Origin: Bacteroidia bacterium
Lineage (GTDB): Bacteria > Bacteroidota > Bacteroidia > SpSt-205
Direction: 5' to 3'
DNA: 64,000 nt
Assembly (NCBI GenBank): GCA_026414975.1
Contig: JAOAHZ010000001.1
Coordinates: 247,547 to 311,546, forward strand
This document shows positions 27,954 to 37,620 of the stretch, piece by piece (the first letter of the stretch is position 1; the number at the start of each line of letters is the position of its first letter). The notes beneath the pieces are model-generated. The model did not search any database and was not told where the DNA came from. It saw nothing but the letters and a program-made list of their open reading frames with translations. Made by a program: the position numbers and the translations under genes.

Positions 27954-28707
27954 GTTATTCGGAGACGGCGTCTTTGAAACGATAAGAGTCTGGAAAGGGC
28001 GATGCTTGTTCTTATCGGATCACTTGCGTCGCCTCAGAGAAGCAGCCCAAGTTCTTTCTCTTTCTATCCCCCTTTCCCTGGAAGTCTTGGAAGCAGAACT
28101 TACTCGTTATGGTCAAGCTCATGAGGAAGCGCGTCTCAAACTGGTTCTATACAGAGCGGGTGAAGGGACATATGCCCCGCCCACATCAGAATCGCATCTG
28201 CGGTTAGGCATAGTACCCTTAGCAGGAGGCTCATTCCCGCTTGGGGTGGCTCAGCGACTGGTAGTGTTTCCAGGGGGCTTCACAGCATTCACACCTTGGA
28301 GTGCGTATAAGACGCTCAGCTCAATCGGATATGTACAGGCTGCAGCTTACGCTCGGTTACAGGGCTGTGATGACAGCATAGTCCTCTCGGCTGAGGGCTA
28401 TATCGCTGAAACGAGCCGGGCTAATCTCTTCTTCTGGGATGGCAAGGTGTTACATACTCCCTCCTTGCGTACGGGATGTGTACGCGGCATTCTTCGTGCG
28501 CATACCCTTCAAGCAGCTCGTCAGCTCGGGGTTCAGGTGCGGGAGGGATTTTACCGTCCAGAACAGCTTTCTGAAATGCAAGAGGTATTTTCCACGAATG
28601 TTATCCAGGGTATTGTCCCGATTTTAGGGATTCGCGGAGTGGGTATTACTTATCGCATCGGGGATGGAACGCTCTCAGAGGCTATAGCTCGGACTTTGAA
28701 GTTTTAG
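27895..28707 (+). CDS. PLP-dependent class IV aminotransferase (4-amino-4-deoxychorismate lyase-like)
   Basis: FGDGVFETIR, HLRRL, YKTLS, ETSRANLF and GCVRGILR. Confidence 0.85.
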   Translation: MWYLYANGYWLETLPPTRGELFGDGVFETIRVWKGRCLFLSDHLRRLREAAQVLSLSIPLSLEVLEAELTRYGQAHEEARLKLVLYRAGEGTYAPPTSESHLRLGIVPLAGGSFPLGVAQRLVVFPGGFTAFTPWSAYKTLSSIGYVQAAAYARLQGCDDSIVLSAEGYIAETSRANLFFWDGKVLHTPSLRTGCVRGILRAHTLQAARQLGVQVREGFYRPEQLSEMQEVFSTNVIQGIVPILGIRGVGITYRIGDGTLSEAIARTLKF

Positions 28708-28747
28708 GAATCACCTTACATAGGCCTGACTTTTTTGCAAAGAGGGC

Positions 28748-28755
28748 TATATTTG
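28748..28755 (+). promoter_or_regulatory. -7 promoter box (TATATTTG)
   Basis: Exact match 4 nt upstream of ATG 28760. Confidence 0.6.
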
Positions 28756-28759
28756 CTGC

Positions 28760-31651
28760 ATGAGGCGAATTTTACTCTCCGTCCTTATCTCTGGATTCGC
28801 ATGGGCGCAGGAAGAGCGGGAAGTACCCCGCCTCCTTGAGAAATCTAAACCTTCAGCTCCTACTAGCATAACCCTTCAGGGTGTGATACGAGATGCAACA
28901 ACGAAAGACCCTCTGCCTGGTGCCTACATACGTGTCAAGGGGAACTTAGCGGGTACGGTGTCTGGATCGGATGGGAGCTTTCGCCTCGCTGTCATAGGGT
29001 CCCTGCCTCTGACCTTAGAGGTGAGTTATATAGGCTATCAAACGACGGAAGTACAGGTTACTTCATCCGAAGCCATCCAAATCTTTCTGAAAGAGGGCGG
29101 AGTGGCAATGAGAGAGGTCGTGATTAGCACCAGTCGACTACCTGAGACTGTGTTAGAAGCGCCTGTAACGGTTACTCGGCTGGGAATCCGAGAACTTCAG
29201 GCCGCACCAGCCGCAAATATATTTCAGCAGCTCGCCACGATGAAAAATGTAGATGTTAGCTACCAATCTATCAACTTCCCTGTAATCAACACACGAGGTT
29301 TCGGCGGTCCAGGAAACCCTCGATTTGTGCAGCGTGTAGATGGAATAGAGATGATAGCTCCAGTTTTTGGGTTTCCTGTTGGGCTTCTTTCGGCACCTCC
29401 CGAGATAGATTTAGAACGAATGGAGCTTACAGCAGGTCCTGCCTCTGCGCTCTATGGCCCTAATGCATTCAACGGGTTATTAGACATGTACTCTCGGCCT
29501 CCTCGTCAATATCCAGGTCTATCCGCATCTTTTCGCCTCGGCGTCAACCACCTTGGTTCTGAGATTTCCACTCGTCCTTATCTTCATCTAAACGCCCGCT
29601 ATGCACAGACCATTTTAGAACGGCTCTCCTTCAAGGTTTTAGCAGAATATTTACGAGCGACAGATTGGCTGGCTACCGATTACAGTGATCAAGGTAGTTA
29701 TACGGGGGCCGACCCTCAATATACCTCGCCGGGCCTCCAGAATCCAGGCTACGATGGTGTCAATACATACGGAGATGAGGTTCGCATCCTTAACACAGCT
29801 CTTGGGCCTCTCCCTCAACTTTTTGGAATAAACGAGCGCTTTTACATTGCGCGTACGGGATATAGAGACCGAGACCTCATTAACCCTGAGGTGTTTATGC
29901 AGAAATATACTGCTCAGCTTCAGTACTTTTTGACGGACAACTTGGAGCTTTCCTGGCGCAGCTTCTTTTCTAACGGGAATACGATTTATCAGGCTGCTAA
30001 TCGTAATGTATTGCGCAACGTTCTATTCCATCAGCACAAAATAGAGCTGAAAGGCCGTCGCTTCTTTATCCGAAGTTATGGAAGCTGGGAAAGCTCTGGG
30101 CAAGCCTATGATAGTCGCTTTACAGCTATTTTTCTCAATCAGTGGGCTAAGCCTGATCCGGCTTGGTTTGTTCTCTATCATGAAGGATATGCTATGTACA
30201 GTTCTCATGAGCAGGCGCGTCTGTATGCTGATACGATCACTCAGCCCTCCCCTACTTATGCGGCAATAGCCCAAAACGTAGGACTACCCCGTGGTCCTTT
30301 TCGTCGGCGATTAGAGCCAACAGACCCTAACTTTCAGTCCGTCGTAGATGAAATAAATCGAGGATACATTCGTATCAATCGTCAAGCAGGTTTTTACGAC
30401 CGGTCTGCTTTCAATCATCATGAAGTGCAGTATGACTTGTCCGATATTACAGGAAAGTGGGTGGATATACTGATAGGAGGGAATCTTCGGCTCTTTCGCA
30501 TTAAGACCCGAGGAACCCTCTTTTCTGATTATAACGGACCCTTCTGGGTTCATGAATATGGAGCATTTATTCAAGCTAATCGCTGGTTATTCGATCGGAG
30601 GATTCGTTTTCTGGGCTCTATTCGTTATGATAAAAGTCAATATTTTCAGGGGCGATTCACCCCGCGCATAGCTCTATTATATGCTTTTGGAAAAGAGCGA
30701 CAGCATAGTCTGCGCGCTTCCTACCAGACCGGCTTCCGGATACCTACTCTTCAAGACCAGTTTATTGCTCTAGACATAGGGTTTCGCTCTATTACCTTGG
30801 GGGGCACTAAGCGAACCCGCTCTATATTCGGATTAGATAGATTTGCTTTCTCGCCAAGCGCCGTTCAAGCATATCAGCGTGCTGCAGCGGGTGTTCAGGA
30901 TAAGGACAGCCTTGCAAGGTTAGCTCGGCAATACCTGGTTCCTATTCGGTTAGACCCTCTCCGCCCAGAATTTACCCAGCAGTATGAAGTGGGGGGACGC
31001 TTCCAGCTCCTGCAAGGTCTATACATAGATGTGGAGTATGCAAGGGCTCTTTATCAAGATTTCGTCTTGTATCGGCGGGTAATCTCCTCAGAGCCTCTCT
31101 ATGAGAATAACTCTACACGCCCGATAGGCCTTACTAATATAGACCCTTCAACGGAAGAAGGTCTTACTAATCTGCGAGACGGGCGCTTCTACGAATATAG
31201 TACAGCGACTAACTATGAGGAGCGCGTATTCGCCGAGTATGCTTCAGCAGGGATAGAATATGCTATCACACCCAAGATACTGTGGACGCTCTCCTACAGC
31301 TACGCTATATTGGTATTGTCAGGTGTATCAGACCCGAGCCTCCTACCTAACTTCAATACACCCAGGCATAAGGTGGGTAGCGCATTATACCTTACGGGCT
31401 TTGGTCGCTGGGGAGCAGGCCTAAACTATAGGTGGATAGATGCATTTAGGATGGATGGACTTATCATAGGTCCAGTTCCAGCCGCTCAGTGGGTAGATCT
31501 ACAGATCTCTTACAACGTGCCCAAGTGGAAGACTCAGTTTCGGGTTGGAGGGCAAAACTTACTCAATACTCGGTATGTTCAAATCCCAGGAGGCCCTCAG
31601 GTGGGTGGAATCTACTATTTCCAGATTATATACGATCCCCTTCTGCGATGA
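28760..31651 (+). CDS. TonB-dependent receptor
   Basis: Signal ...FAWA|Q; carboxypeptidase-regulatory-like domain (VSYIGYQT); plug INTRGF and GPASALYGPNAFNG; barrel QTGFRIPT and GGQNLLN. Confidence 0.9.
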   Translation: MRRILLSVLISGFAWAQEEREVPRLLEKSKPSAPTSITLQGVIRDATTKDPLPGAYIRVKGNLAGTVSGSDGSFRLAVIGSLPLTLEVSYIGYQTTEVQVTSSEAIQIFLKEGGVAMREVVISTSRLPETVLEAPVTVTRLGIRELQAAPAANIFQQLATMKNVDVSYQSINFPVINTRGFGGPGNPRFVQRVDGIEMIAPVFGFPVGLLSAPPEIDLERMELTAGPASALYGPNAFNGLLDMYSRPPRQYPGLSASFRLGVNHLGSEISTRPYLHLNARYAQTILERLSFKVLAEYLRATDWLATDYSDQGSYTGADPQYTSPGLQNPGYDGVNTYGDEVRILNTALGPLPQLFGINERFYIARTGYRDRDLINPEVFMQKYTAQLQYFLTDNLELSWRSFFSNGNTIYQAANRNVLRNVLFHQHKIELKGRRFFIRSYGSWESSGQAYDSRFTAIFLNQWAKPDPAWFVLYHEGYAMYSSHEQARLYADTITQPSPTYAAIAQNVGLPRGPFRRRLEPTDPNFQSVVDEINRGYIRINRQAGFYDRSAFNHHEVQYDLSDITGKWVDILIGGNLRLFRIKTRGTLFSDYNGPFWVHEYGAFIQANRWLFDRRIRFLGSIRYDKSQYFQGRFTPRIALLYAFGKERQHSLRASYQTGFRIPTLQDQFIALDIGFRSITLGGTKRTRSIFGLDRFAFSPSAVQAYQRAAAGVQDKDSLARLARQYLVPIRLDPLRPEFTQQYEVGGRFQLLQGLYIDVEYARALYQDFVLYRRVISSEPLYENNSTRPIGLTNIDPSTEEGLTNLRDGRFYEYSTATNYEERVFAEYASAGIEYAITPKILWTLSYSYAILVLSGVSDPSLLPNFNTPRHKVGSALYLTGFGRWGAGLNYRWIDAFRMDGLIIGPVPAAQWVDLQISYNVPKWKTQFRVGGQNLLNTRYVQIPGGPQVGGIYYFQIIYDPLLR

Positions 31652-31846
31652 GCTGCGGCAGCTCAGTTGCCTGTGCTTGCCCCTCCCCGAACGGCTTTCA
31701 AGTGTTGGATTAGAAGTGAGTCTATTGGCTACAGGCTAGGGTCATACCCGAAGAGAAGCAAGATGAACAAGCTGGAGAGTAGCCTAAACAAAGTTACGGA
31801 TTTTTTTCTCTGAGGTATTAGGGGCGACGAGTATACCTTTGTAGCG

Positions 31847-34318
31847 ATGAAGACCTCCCCTCTACATTTTATTTTGAGCCTATCCGCCCTTTTTGCCCAG
31901 CAGTACTTCCCCTTTGCGATAGGGCATTCGGCTGGAGTCTTAGGCGCTCAGATCAACCCCGCTTCCATAGCTGACAGCCGATATAGGTTTGATCTCCTGT
32001 TTTTTGGTACGAGCCTGAATCTCTCCAATAACTATGTAGGAGCTCGCCGAGAGCTGCTCACGGACTTCATTCGATATGGTGGAGATTTTCCTGATACGAT
32101 AGACTTTCAGAAGACTTACTTGGTGGATGACTATCAGAATACCTCGCTCAAGCAGGTTCGCTTTGAACAGCAGGTTCTTTTGCCCAGCTTTCTCCTAACT
32201 TTAGGAAGGCGTTCCGCTATAGCCCTCAATCTGCGTCTGCGTAACCGATTCAGTCTGAATAATGTAGATTATCGTTTGGCCAAGTTAGCCTATGAGAGCT
32301 TGGAGTATCCGCCTTATTGGCGGCAGTGGATTGATGCTGGAGACCTTAGCTTTCAATACGCCACCTACTATGATATAGCGCTTACTTACGCTCGAGTCTT
32401 AGTGAATAGTGGTCGTCATCTCCTAAAAGGCGGACTCACGTTGCGATACCTTCATGGTGTATATGGAGCTTACTTCTATGTAGACCAGCTGCGGTTTCGC
32501 TATCAGTTTTACAACGATGACTCTTTGGCAATACAGGATGGTTCTCGCTTCTACTGGGGTCATGCGAAAGATTTTGATTACGATATTTATACCAAGATCT
32601 CAGAGCGCCCCTTTGACAATCAGACGCGGTTTTCTTTAGCAGGGGATGTGGGCTTGATTTATGAATTTCGGCCAAGGTATGATAGATATGTATATGACAT
32701 GGATGGTGAGGTGGGATTAGAGCGCCGAGATAGGGATCGCTATACATTGCGATTAGGGGTGGCTCTGCAGGACATTCGCTCAAGGATGAGGTTTGTGAAA
32801 GGGCCTCTGAGTAACCAAATAGAGATTACCCAAAATAGGCTGGATCAGACGATACACGAATGGAATCTTCGCCCCGTTCGCTTTCGATCTGTCAGGGACT
32901 TCAACGACACCCTTAGAAATCGTTTTGGTATCGCAGACAGTAATCCTGATTTTATTTTGAGGAACCAGATAGCTCTCAATTTAAGCTTGGATTGGCACAT
33001 CGGAGGGCCTTTGTATTTAGGAGGTCTTGGGGTGATACCGTTTGGAAAGGATGACCTACGCTTGCGGACTTTACGCTTTTTCTCTATATACCCCCGTTTA
33101 GAGACTCCAGTCATTACGCTGGGCATTCCTTTCACCATAAACGAGTGGGGTGATCGACTTTGGGGTGCTGCTGTGAAAATTGGACCCTTTGTAGTAGGTA
33201 CAAATAGCTTGAACTGGGTTTTTGGACAGCCTACGCTGCGTACGGTTGATTTTTACTTTATGTTCAAGAGTGGTATTCCGTATCGACGCCCTCGAGATAG
33301 AGACAAAGACGGCGTGTCTGATAAGCGGGACATGTGCCCGACGGTAGGAGGCTTGTGGGCGTTCCAGGGCTGTCCTGATAGCGATGGAGACCACATCCCT
33401 GATAAAGATGATGTTTGCCCCTTGGATCCGGGCGTGCCTAAGTTTCAGGGTTGTCCTGATGCCGATGGAGATGATATTCCAGACAAGGAGGACGCTTGTC
33501 CGACCGAGTCGGGCGTAGCTAAGTTCAAGGGCTGCCCTGATAGAGATGGTGATGATGTGCCTGATAAAGACGATATCTGCCCGGATGAAAAGGGACTACC
33601 TCAATTTCGGGGCTGTCCTGACTCCGATGGCGATGGCATTCCGGACAAGGAGGACGAATGTCCTGCCCAAGCGGGACTTGCTGCGTTCAAGGGATGCCCT
33701 GATTCAGACGGCGATGGTATTCCCGATAAGGAGGATGCTTGCCCTAATCAAGCAGGACTTATAGCGTTCAAAGGATGCCCAGATACAGATCGAGATGGAA
33801 TCCCTGATGCAGAGGATCGCTGTCCTGATCAACCTGGTCCTGCTGAAAATAAGGGTTGTCCATTTGCCGACCAGGATAGGGATGGCGTATTGGATAAAGA
33901 CGATGACTGTCCATTTACTCCTGGTACGCCAGCTAATCGGGGTTGTCCTGAGATACCCAAAGAGCAGAAGCGCATACTGGATATGGCGTTTCGAAATTTA
34001 GAGTTTGAAACCGCCAAGGCTATCATTCGTCCAAGGTCACTTCCCTATCTGGATACACTGGCTATGCTCCTTATAGATAATCCCACCTATAAGCTCAAAA
34101 TATCAGGGCATACCGATAATCAAGGCACGCTTGAATATAACATGAAGTTATCTAAAGCGCGAGCCGAAGCCGTTCGCAACTACCTGGTCTCGCAAGGGGT
34201 ATCAGCGGATAGATTTATTGTGGAATACTTCGGTCCGCTGCGACCTATAGCCTCCAATGCTACGCCTCAGGGCCGAGCACGAAATCGTCGGGTAGAGATG
34301 AAGGTTGTATTTGACTGA
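31847..34318 (+). CDS. Outer-membrane barrel (DUF5723-like) plus thrombospondin type-3-like repeats plus OmpA peptidoglycan-binding domain
   Basis: INPASIADSR N-terminus, eight DxDxDGxxDxxDxCP repeats, and GHTDNQG...LSKARAEAV...NRRVE. TACCTTTG box at 31834-31841. Confidence 0.88.
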   Translation: MKTSPLHFILSLSALFAQQYFPFAIGHSAGVLGAQINPASIADSRYRFDLLFFGTSLNLSNNYVGARRELLTDFIRYGGDFPDTIDFQKTYLVDDYQNTSLKQVRFEQQVLLPSFLLTLGRRSAIALNLRLRNRFSLNNVDYRLAKLAYESLEYPPYWRQWIDAGDLSFQYATYYDIALTYARVLVNSGRHLLKGGLTLRYLHGVYGAYFYVDQLRFRYQFYNDDSLAIQDGSRFYWGHAKDFDYDIYTKISERPFDNQTRFSLAGDVGLIYEFRPRYDRYVYDMDGEVGLERRDRDRYTLRLGVALQDIRSRMRFVKGPLSNQIEITQNRLDQTIHEWNLRPVRFRSVRDFNDTLRNRFGIADSNPDFILRNQIALNLSLDWHIGGPLYLGGLGVIPFGKDDLRLRTLRFFSIYPRLETPVITLGIPFTINEWGDRLWGAAVKIGPFVVGTNSLNWVFGQPTLRTVDFYFMFKSGIPYRRPRDRDKDGVSDKRDMCPTVGGLWAFQGCPDSDGDHIPDKDDVCPLDPGVPKFQGCPDADGDDIPDKEDACPTESGVAKFKGCPDRDGDDVPDKDDICPDEKGLPQFRGCPDSDGDGIPDKEDECPAQAGLAAFKGCPDSDGDGIPDKEDACPNQAGLIAFKGCPDTDRDGIPDAEDRCPDQPGPAENKGCPFADQDRDGVLDKDDDCPFTPGTPANRGCPEIPKEQKRILDMAFRNLEFETAKAIIRPRSLPYLDTLAMLLIDNPTYKLKISGHTDNQGTLEYNMKLSKARAEAVRNYLVSQGVSADRFIVEYFGPLRPIASNATPQGRARNRRVEMKVVFD
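33296..33949 (+). repeat. Eight degenerate 81-bp (27-aa) Ca-binding TSP3-like coding repeats
   Basis: Units such as DSDGDGIPDKEDECPAQAGLAAFKGCP, in frame within the OmpA-domain gene. Confidence 0.9.
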
Positions 34319-34548
34319 GATGTACTTCTCTCTGGCTCTGCAAGAAAGGAGGGCCCGCCTTAGGATGGGTGTATTAGATATTGACTCAATGCAAAGGAGG
34401 CTTGCTGACATTTCCCTGAATAAGCGCCATCTACTCTTAGGGACATACGAAGAGCAGAACTAATCCGATTGGGAAAGGATGCGGTCTATTGACAATCCAA
34501 ACTCTGGCGGTGAAAGGACTTCAGTACCTTAGCTGAGGGTAGGGTCTC

Positions 34549-35307
34549 TTAGTTGGGTATGTAGATTTTCCGAGCAAACTCCCCATGAGCTGTGCGCCAC
34601 GATAAGATATATAGCCCGGGTAGGAGTTGAATCTTACTGCCCTGACTGGGGAACATACGAGCCACGACTTGTCCCTCTAAGTTATATAGGGTGGCTTCGC
34701 TAAACTCCTCCCGAAAGCTCAGCTCATGGGACTGAATCGTAAAGGGAAGGGAGGCACCTTGGTCCGGGTTGAGGGTTAGCGTAGCCGTGCCGGGGGCATC
34801 ACCGCTAGGGGAGCCGTTCCCGTTTACGGCATTTGCAGCAATATACCATGTGATAGGTCCGACGTTTGTGGCAGGGGGGGTCCATTCAAAAGTCCATGTG
34901 CCTGAGTTGGAAACGCCCTGATGAGCGATGTAGCGTCTCCCGCCCGAGCCCGTCTGGAGCACTACGTTACTACTACTTCCTGTGGCAAGGCCTTGATTGG
35001 GGATATTCTGCTGTCCCGATTGCGCACTTAGAACGGTAAGCTGAAATCCATAGCGAGATAGGCTGGGGTGGGAGACGGTTAGGGTAAGGGTAAGAGGGGC
35101 TCCCCCTGGCGCATAGGTTGAGAGAGGGCTGCCATTATGGGTGAGGGCGATAGTAGGAGCGGTAGAAACGCCTGCATGACAGCTTGCGCAAGTACCTTCA
35201 TTCGGGGCTCCGCTATATCCAACCGGCGGTTGGCTGGAGTTAGCTTCCTTGAAGGCTATCAGAGACAGGCTCAGGGCCCCTATCCAGAGAAGTAGGGTCT
35301 TTTGCAT
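34549..35307 (-). CDS. Reeler-like (choice-of-anchor V) secreted protein with CxxCH and T9SS-like C-terminal domain
   Basis: GYSGAPNEGTCASCHAG, WTFEWTPP and NAVNGNG; C-terminus LYNLEGQVV...PGLYIL...RKI. Confidence 0.75.
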   Translation of the reverse strand: MQKTLLLWIGALSLSLIAFKEANSSQPPVGYSGAPNEGTCASCHAGVSTAPTIALTHNGSPLSTYAPGGAPLTLTLTVSHPSLSRYGFQLTVLSAQSGQQNIPNQGLATGSSSNVVLQTGSGGRRYIAHQGVSNSGTWTFEWTPPATNVGPITWYIAANAVNGNGSPSGDAPGTATLTLNPDQGASLPFTIQSHELSFREEFSEATLYNLEGQVVARMFPSQGSKIQLLPGLYILSWRTAHGEFARKIYIPN

Positions 35308-35337
35308 AGGCCTAATTAAGAGAAAATTCAGGAAAAA

Positions 35338-36801
35338 TCAGTAAGCTCGTGCAAAAAGCACACGCTGCTGTGAAACTCGTCCTGAGTAGATACATTTTCC
35401 CAGTTCAGGGTTTGTATTGAAGGGGATACAGCGAATCGTTGCGCCTGTTTCCTCTTTGATAGCGAGTTCGGTTTCAGTTGTGCCGTCCCAGTGAGCTAAA
35501 ATAAACCCGCCGGCTTTTTCTAAAATATCCCGCATTTCCGCGTAACTATCCACGACGTGAGTCTGACTTTGTATACGCGCTTTGGCTCTCTCAAAAAGAG
35601 CCAGCTGGGTAGCTTCAAGCCACTCTGGAATGCGCTGTATAGCTTCTTGGGTAGGGTAAGTCTGCTTTTCACCCGTATATCGCCAAGCTACCTCTAAGGT
35701 ATCGGTCTCTAAATCCCTTGGTCCAAGAGCAATGCGTAATGGCACGCCCCGAAGCTCCCATTCGTTGAACTTCCATCCTGGGCGATGCTGAGGGTCATCG
35801 TCTACTTTGATGCGTAGGCCTTTAGCGCGGAGATGCGCGGCTATTTCGTGGGCCTTAGAGACGATAGAGGCTCGTTCCTCTTCACTGCGCCAGATAGGTA
35901 TAATGATGACTTGGATGGGCGCAATCTTGGGCGGGAGAATAAGCCCCTTCTCATCGCCGTGGGAGAGAATAACCGCCCCGACCAGCCGAGTAGAGACTCC
36001 CCAGGAAGTTGCCCAGACGTACTCCAGCTCATTCTGAGCGTTCAAGAACTTTACATCAAAGGCCCGAGCAAAGTTTTGCCCCAGGAAGTGCGAAGTCCCC
36101 GCTTGAAGAGCTTTACCGTCTATGAGGAGGGTTTCTATGGTGAAGGTTTCTACAGCCCCTGCAAAGCGTTCGTTAGGTGTTTTGCGGCCTTTGATAACGG
36201 GAATCGCCAGATACTCTTGCACAAACTCCTCGTATAGGTCCAACATGCGCAACGCTTCTTGGAGGGCTTCCTCTGCTGTGGCATGCGCAGTATGACCTTC
36301 CTGCCATAAAAACTCGGCTGTACGCAAGAAGAGGCGGGGGCGCTTTTCCCAGCGAACTACATTAGCCCATTGATTGATAAGGAGGGGAAGGTCTCGGTAA
36401 GATTGAATCCATCCTCTAAAAGCGTCCCAGATAATGGTCTCAGAGGTGGGACGGACTACAAGGGGTTCTTCTAAGGCTGCCTCGGGGTCTATGGATACGT
36501 TACGGGTTTCGGGATTTGTCTTGATGCGATAATGCGTTACGACAGCGCACTCCTGAGCGAAGCCTTCTACATGCTGAGCCTCTTTAGCTAAAAAACTTAG
36601 GGGAATAAAAAGCGGAAAGTAAGCATTTTGATGCCCGGTACGCCTAAAGGCCTCATCTAAGGGCCGCTGGATATTTTCCCACAAAGCCCAGCCGTAAGGT
36701 TTGATGGTCATGCAGCCTCGCACAGGGGAATGTTCTGCGAGACCGGCTCGTTCTACTATTTCGTTATACCATTCACTGACGGTCTGCATCGGGATTGGCA
36801 T
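35338..36801 (-). CDS. proS: Proline--tRNA ligase (archaeal/eukaryotic type)
   Basis: VRPTSETI, NQWANVVRWE, EFLWQEGHT, QAGTSHFLGQNF and C-terminal FARAY. Start placed at ATG 36801, downstream of the promoter box. Confidence 0.96.
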   Translation of the reverse strand: MPIPMQTVSEWYNEIVERAGLAEHSPVRGCMTIKPYGWALWENIQRPLDEAFRRTGHQNAYFPLFIPLSFLAKEAQHVEGFAQECAVVTHYRIKTNPETRNVSIDPEAALEEPLVVRPTSETIIWDAFRGWIQSYRDLPLLINQWANVVRWEKRPRLFLRTAEFLWQEGHTAHATAEEALQEALRMLDLYEEFVQEYLAIPVIKGRKTPNERFAGAVETFTIETLLIDGKALQAGTSHFLGQNFARAFDVKFLNAQNELEYVWATSWGVSTRLVGAVILSHGDEKGLILPPKIAPIQVIIIPIWRSEEERASIVSKAHEIAAHLRAKGLRIKVDDDPQHRPGWKFNEWELRGVPLRIALGPRDLETDTLEVAWRYTGEKQTYPTQEAIQRIPEWLEATQLALFERAKARIQSQTHVVDSYAEMRDILEKAGGFILAHWDGTTETELAIKEETGATIRCIPFNTNPELGKCIYSGRVSQQRVLFARAY

Positions 36802-36809
36802 GAGTTTCG

Positions 36810-36836
36810 TATATTTGTCAGTAGGCAGCAAAAGTA
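36810..36836. promoter_or_regulatory. Overlapping bidirectional promoter (TATATTTG plus 36810-36817; TACTTTTG minus 36829-36836)
   Basis: Two exact TAnnTTTG boxes, each 27 nt from its start codon. Confidence 0.6.
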
Positions 36837-36844
36837 ACACGACC

Positions 36845-37618
36845 ATGAAAACGGTAGTCCGACTTTGGATAGGAGCCTTAGTGCTCCTTTTAGCGTGGGG
36901 CTGCGGAGCGAGTCGCTCTGCCAGCACGGCGCAAAATGACACGTATCTCTCTGCAAAAGAACGGTCCCGCCTAAATCAGTCGGTGCAGAGCTCAGAAAAT
37001 AGCGGTGATGTCGATGCTCGCGCCGACAACTACGAGAGTTCCGAGCGTCCTTCTCGACGACGGGACTGGGAGGATGATGACTACTGCTACTCTTGCCGCA
37101 TTCGGCGCTACTCTACAGGGGTTTGGTATGACCCATGGTTTGATCCGTGGTGCGGCCCTGGGTGGGGTTGGAGAAGGTCTTGGTGGAGTCCTGGTTGGGG
37201 CTGGTCTGTGGCTTGGGGACCCAGTTGGGGCTGGGGCCCTACTTGGGGATGGGGGCCTACTTGGGGCTGGGCTGCTATGCCGGGATGGTACTATACGCCT
37301 GGATGGGGATGGACCTATTACGCAGGTCCCGTCTGGTATGATGGAGGATGGAGCGCTGCTCCTTCTCGTCGCCCGAACTATATGCCTCGCACCTACACTG
37401 CCCCACGAGGCAATACAGTATATACACCGCCTCGAAGCAGTTCGGTAGGTACGTCTACACCGCCTCGTCGCACCGCTGCTCCTGCACCCGCAGCGCGCCC
37501 TTCTCCTGCTCCAGGCGTGCGCAGTACTTACGATCCTGTGGGACCTCGTCCCAGCGCGTCGTATGGGGGTACGGGAGGAGGTATCCGGACCTCTACAGGT
37601 GGGGCTCGTCCTCGGTAA
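36845..37618 (+). CDS. Lipoprotein with Trp/Gly-rich low-complexity core and Pro/Ser/Arg-rich tail
   Basis: Signal MKTVVRLWIGALVLLLAWG|C; DDDYCYSCRIRRY; WGWGPT repeats. Confidence 0.7.
   Translation: MKTVVRLWIGALVLLLAWGCGASRSASTAQNDTYLSAKERSRLNQSVQSSENSGDVDARADNYESSERPSRRRDWEDDDYCYSCRIRRYSTGVWYDPWFDPWCGPGWGWRRSWWSPGWGWSVAWGPSWGWGPTWGWGPTWGWAAMPGWYYTPGWGWTYYAGPVWYDGGWSAAPSRRPNYMPRTYTAPRGNTVYTPPRSSSVGTSTPPRRTAAPAPAARPSPAPGVRSTYDPVGPRPSASYGGTGGGIRTSTGGARPR
37226..37270 (+). repeat. 18-bp tandem repeat (about 2.5 copies) encoding WGWGPT
   Basis: tggggctggggccctact / tggggatgggggcctact / tggggctgg. Confidence 0.8.
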
Positions 37619-37620
37619 AA

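Noticed and set aside
33296..33949. Regularly spaced repeats resembling a CRISPR array
   Set aside because: Degenerate in-frame 81-bp coding repeats, with no identical repeats or unique spacers and no cas genes.
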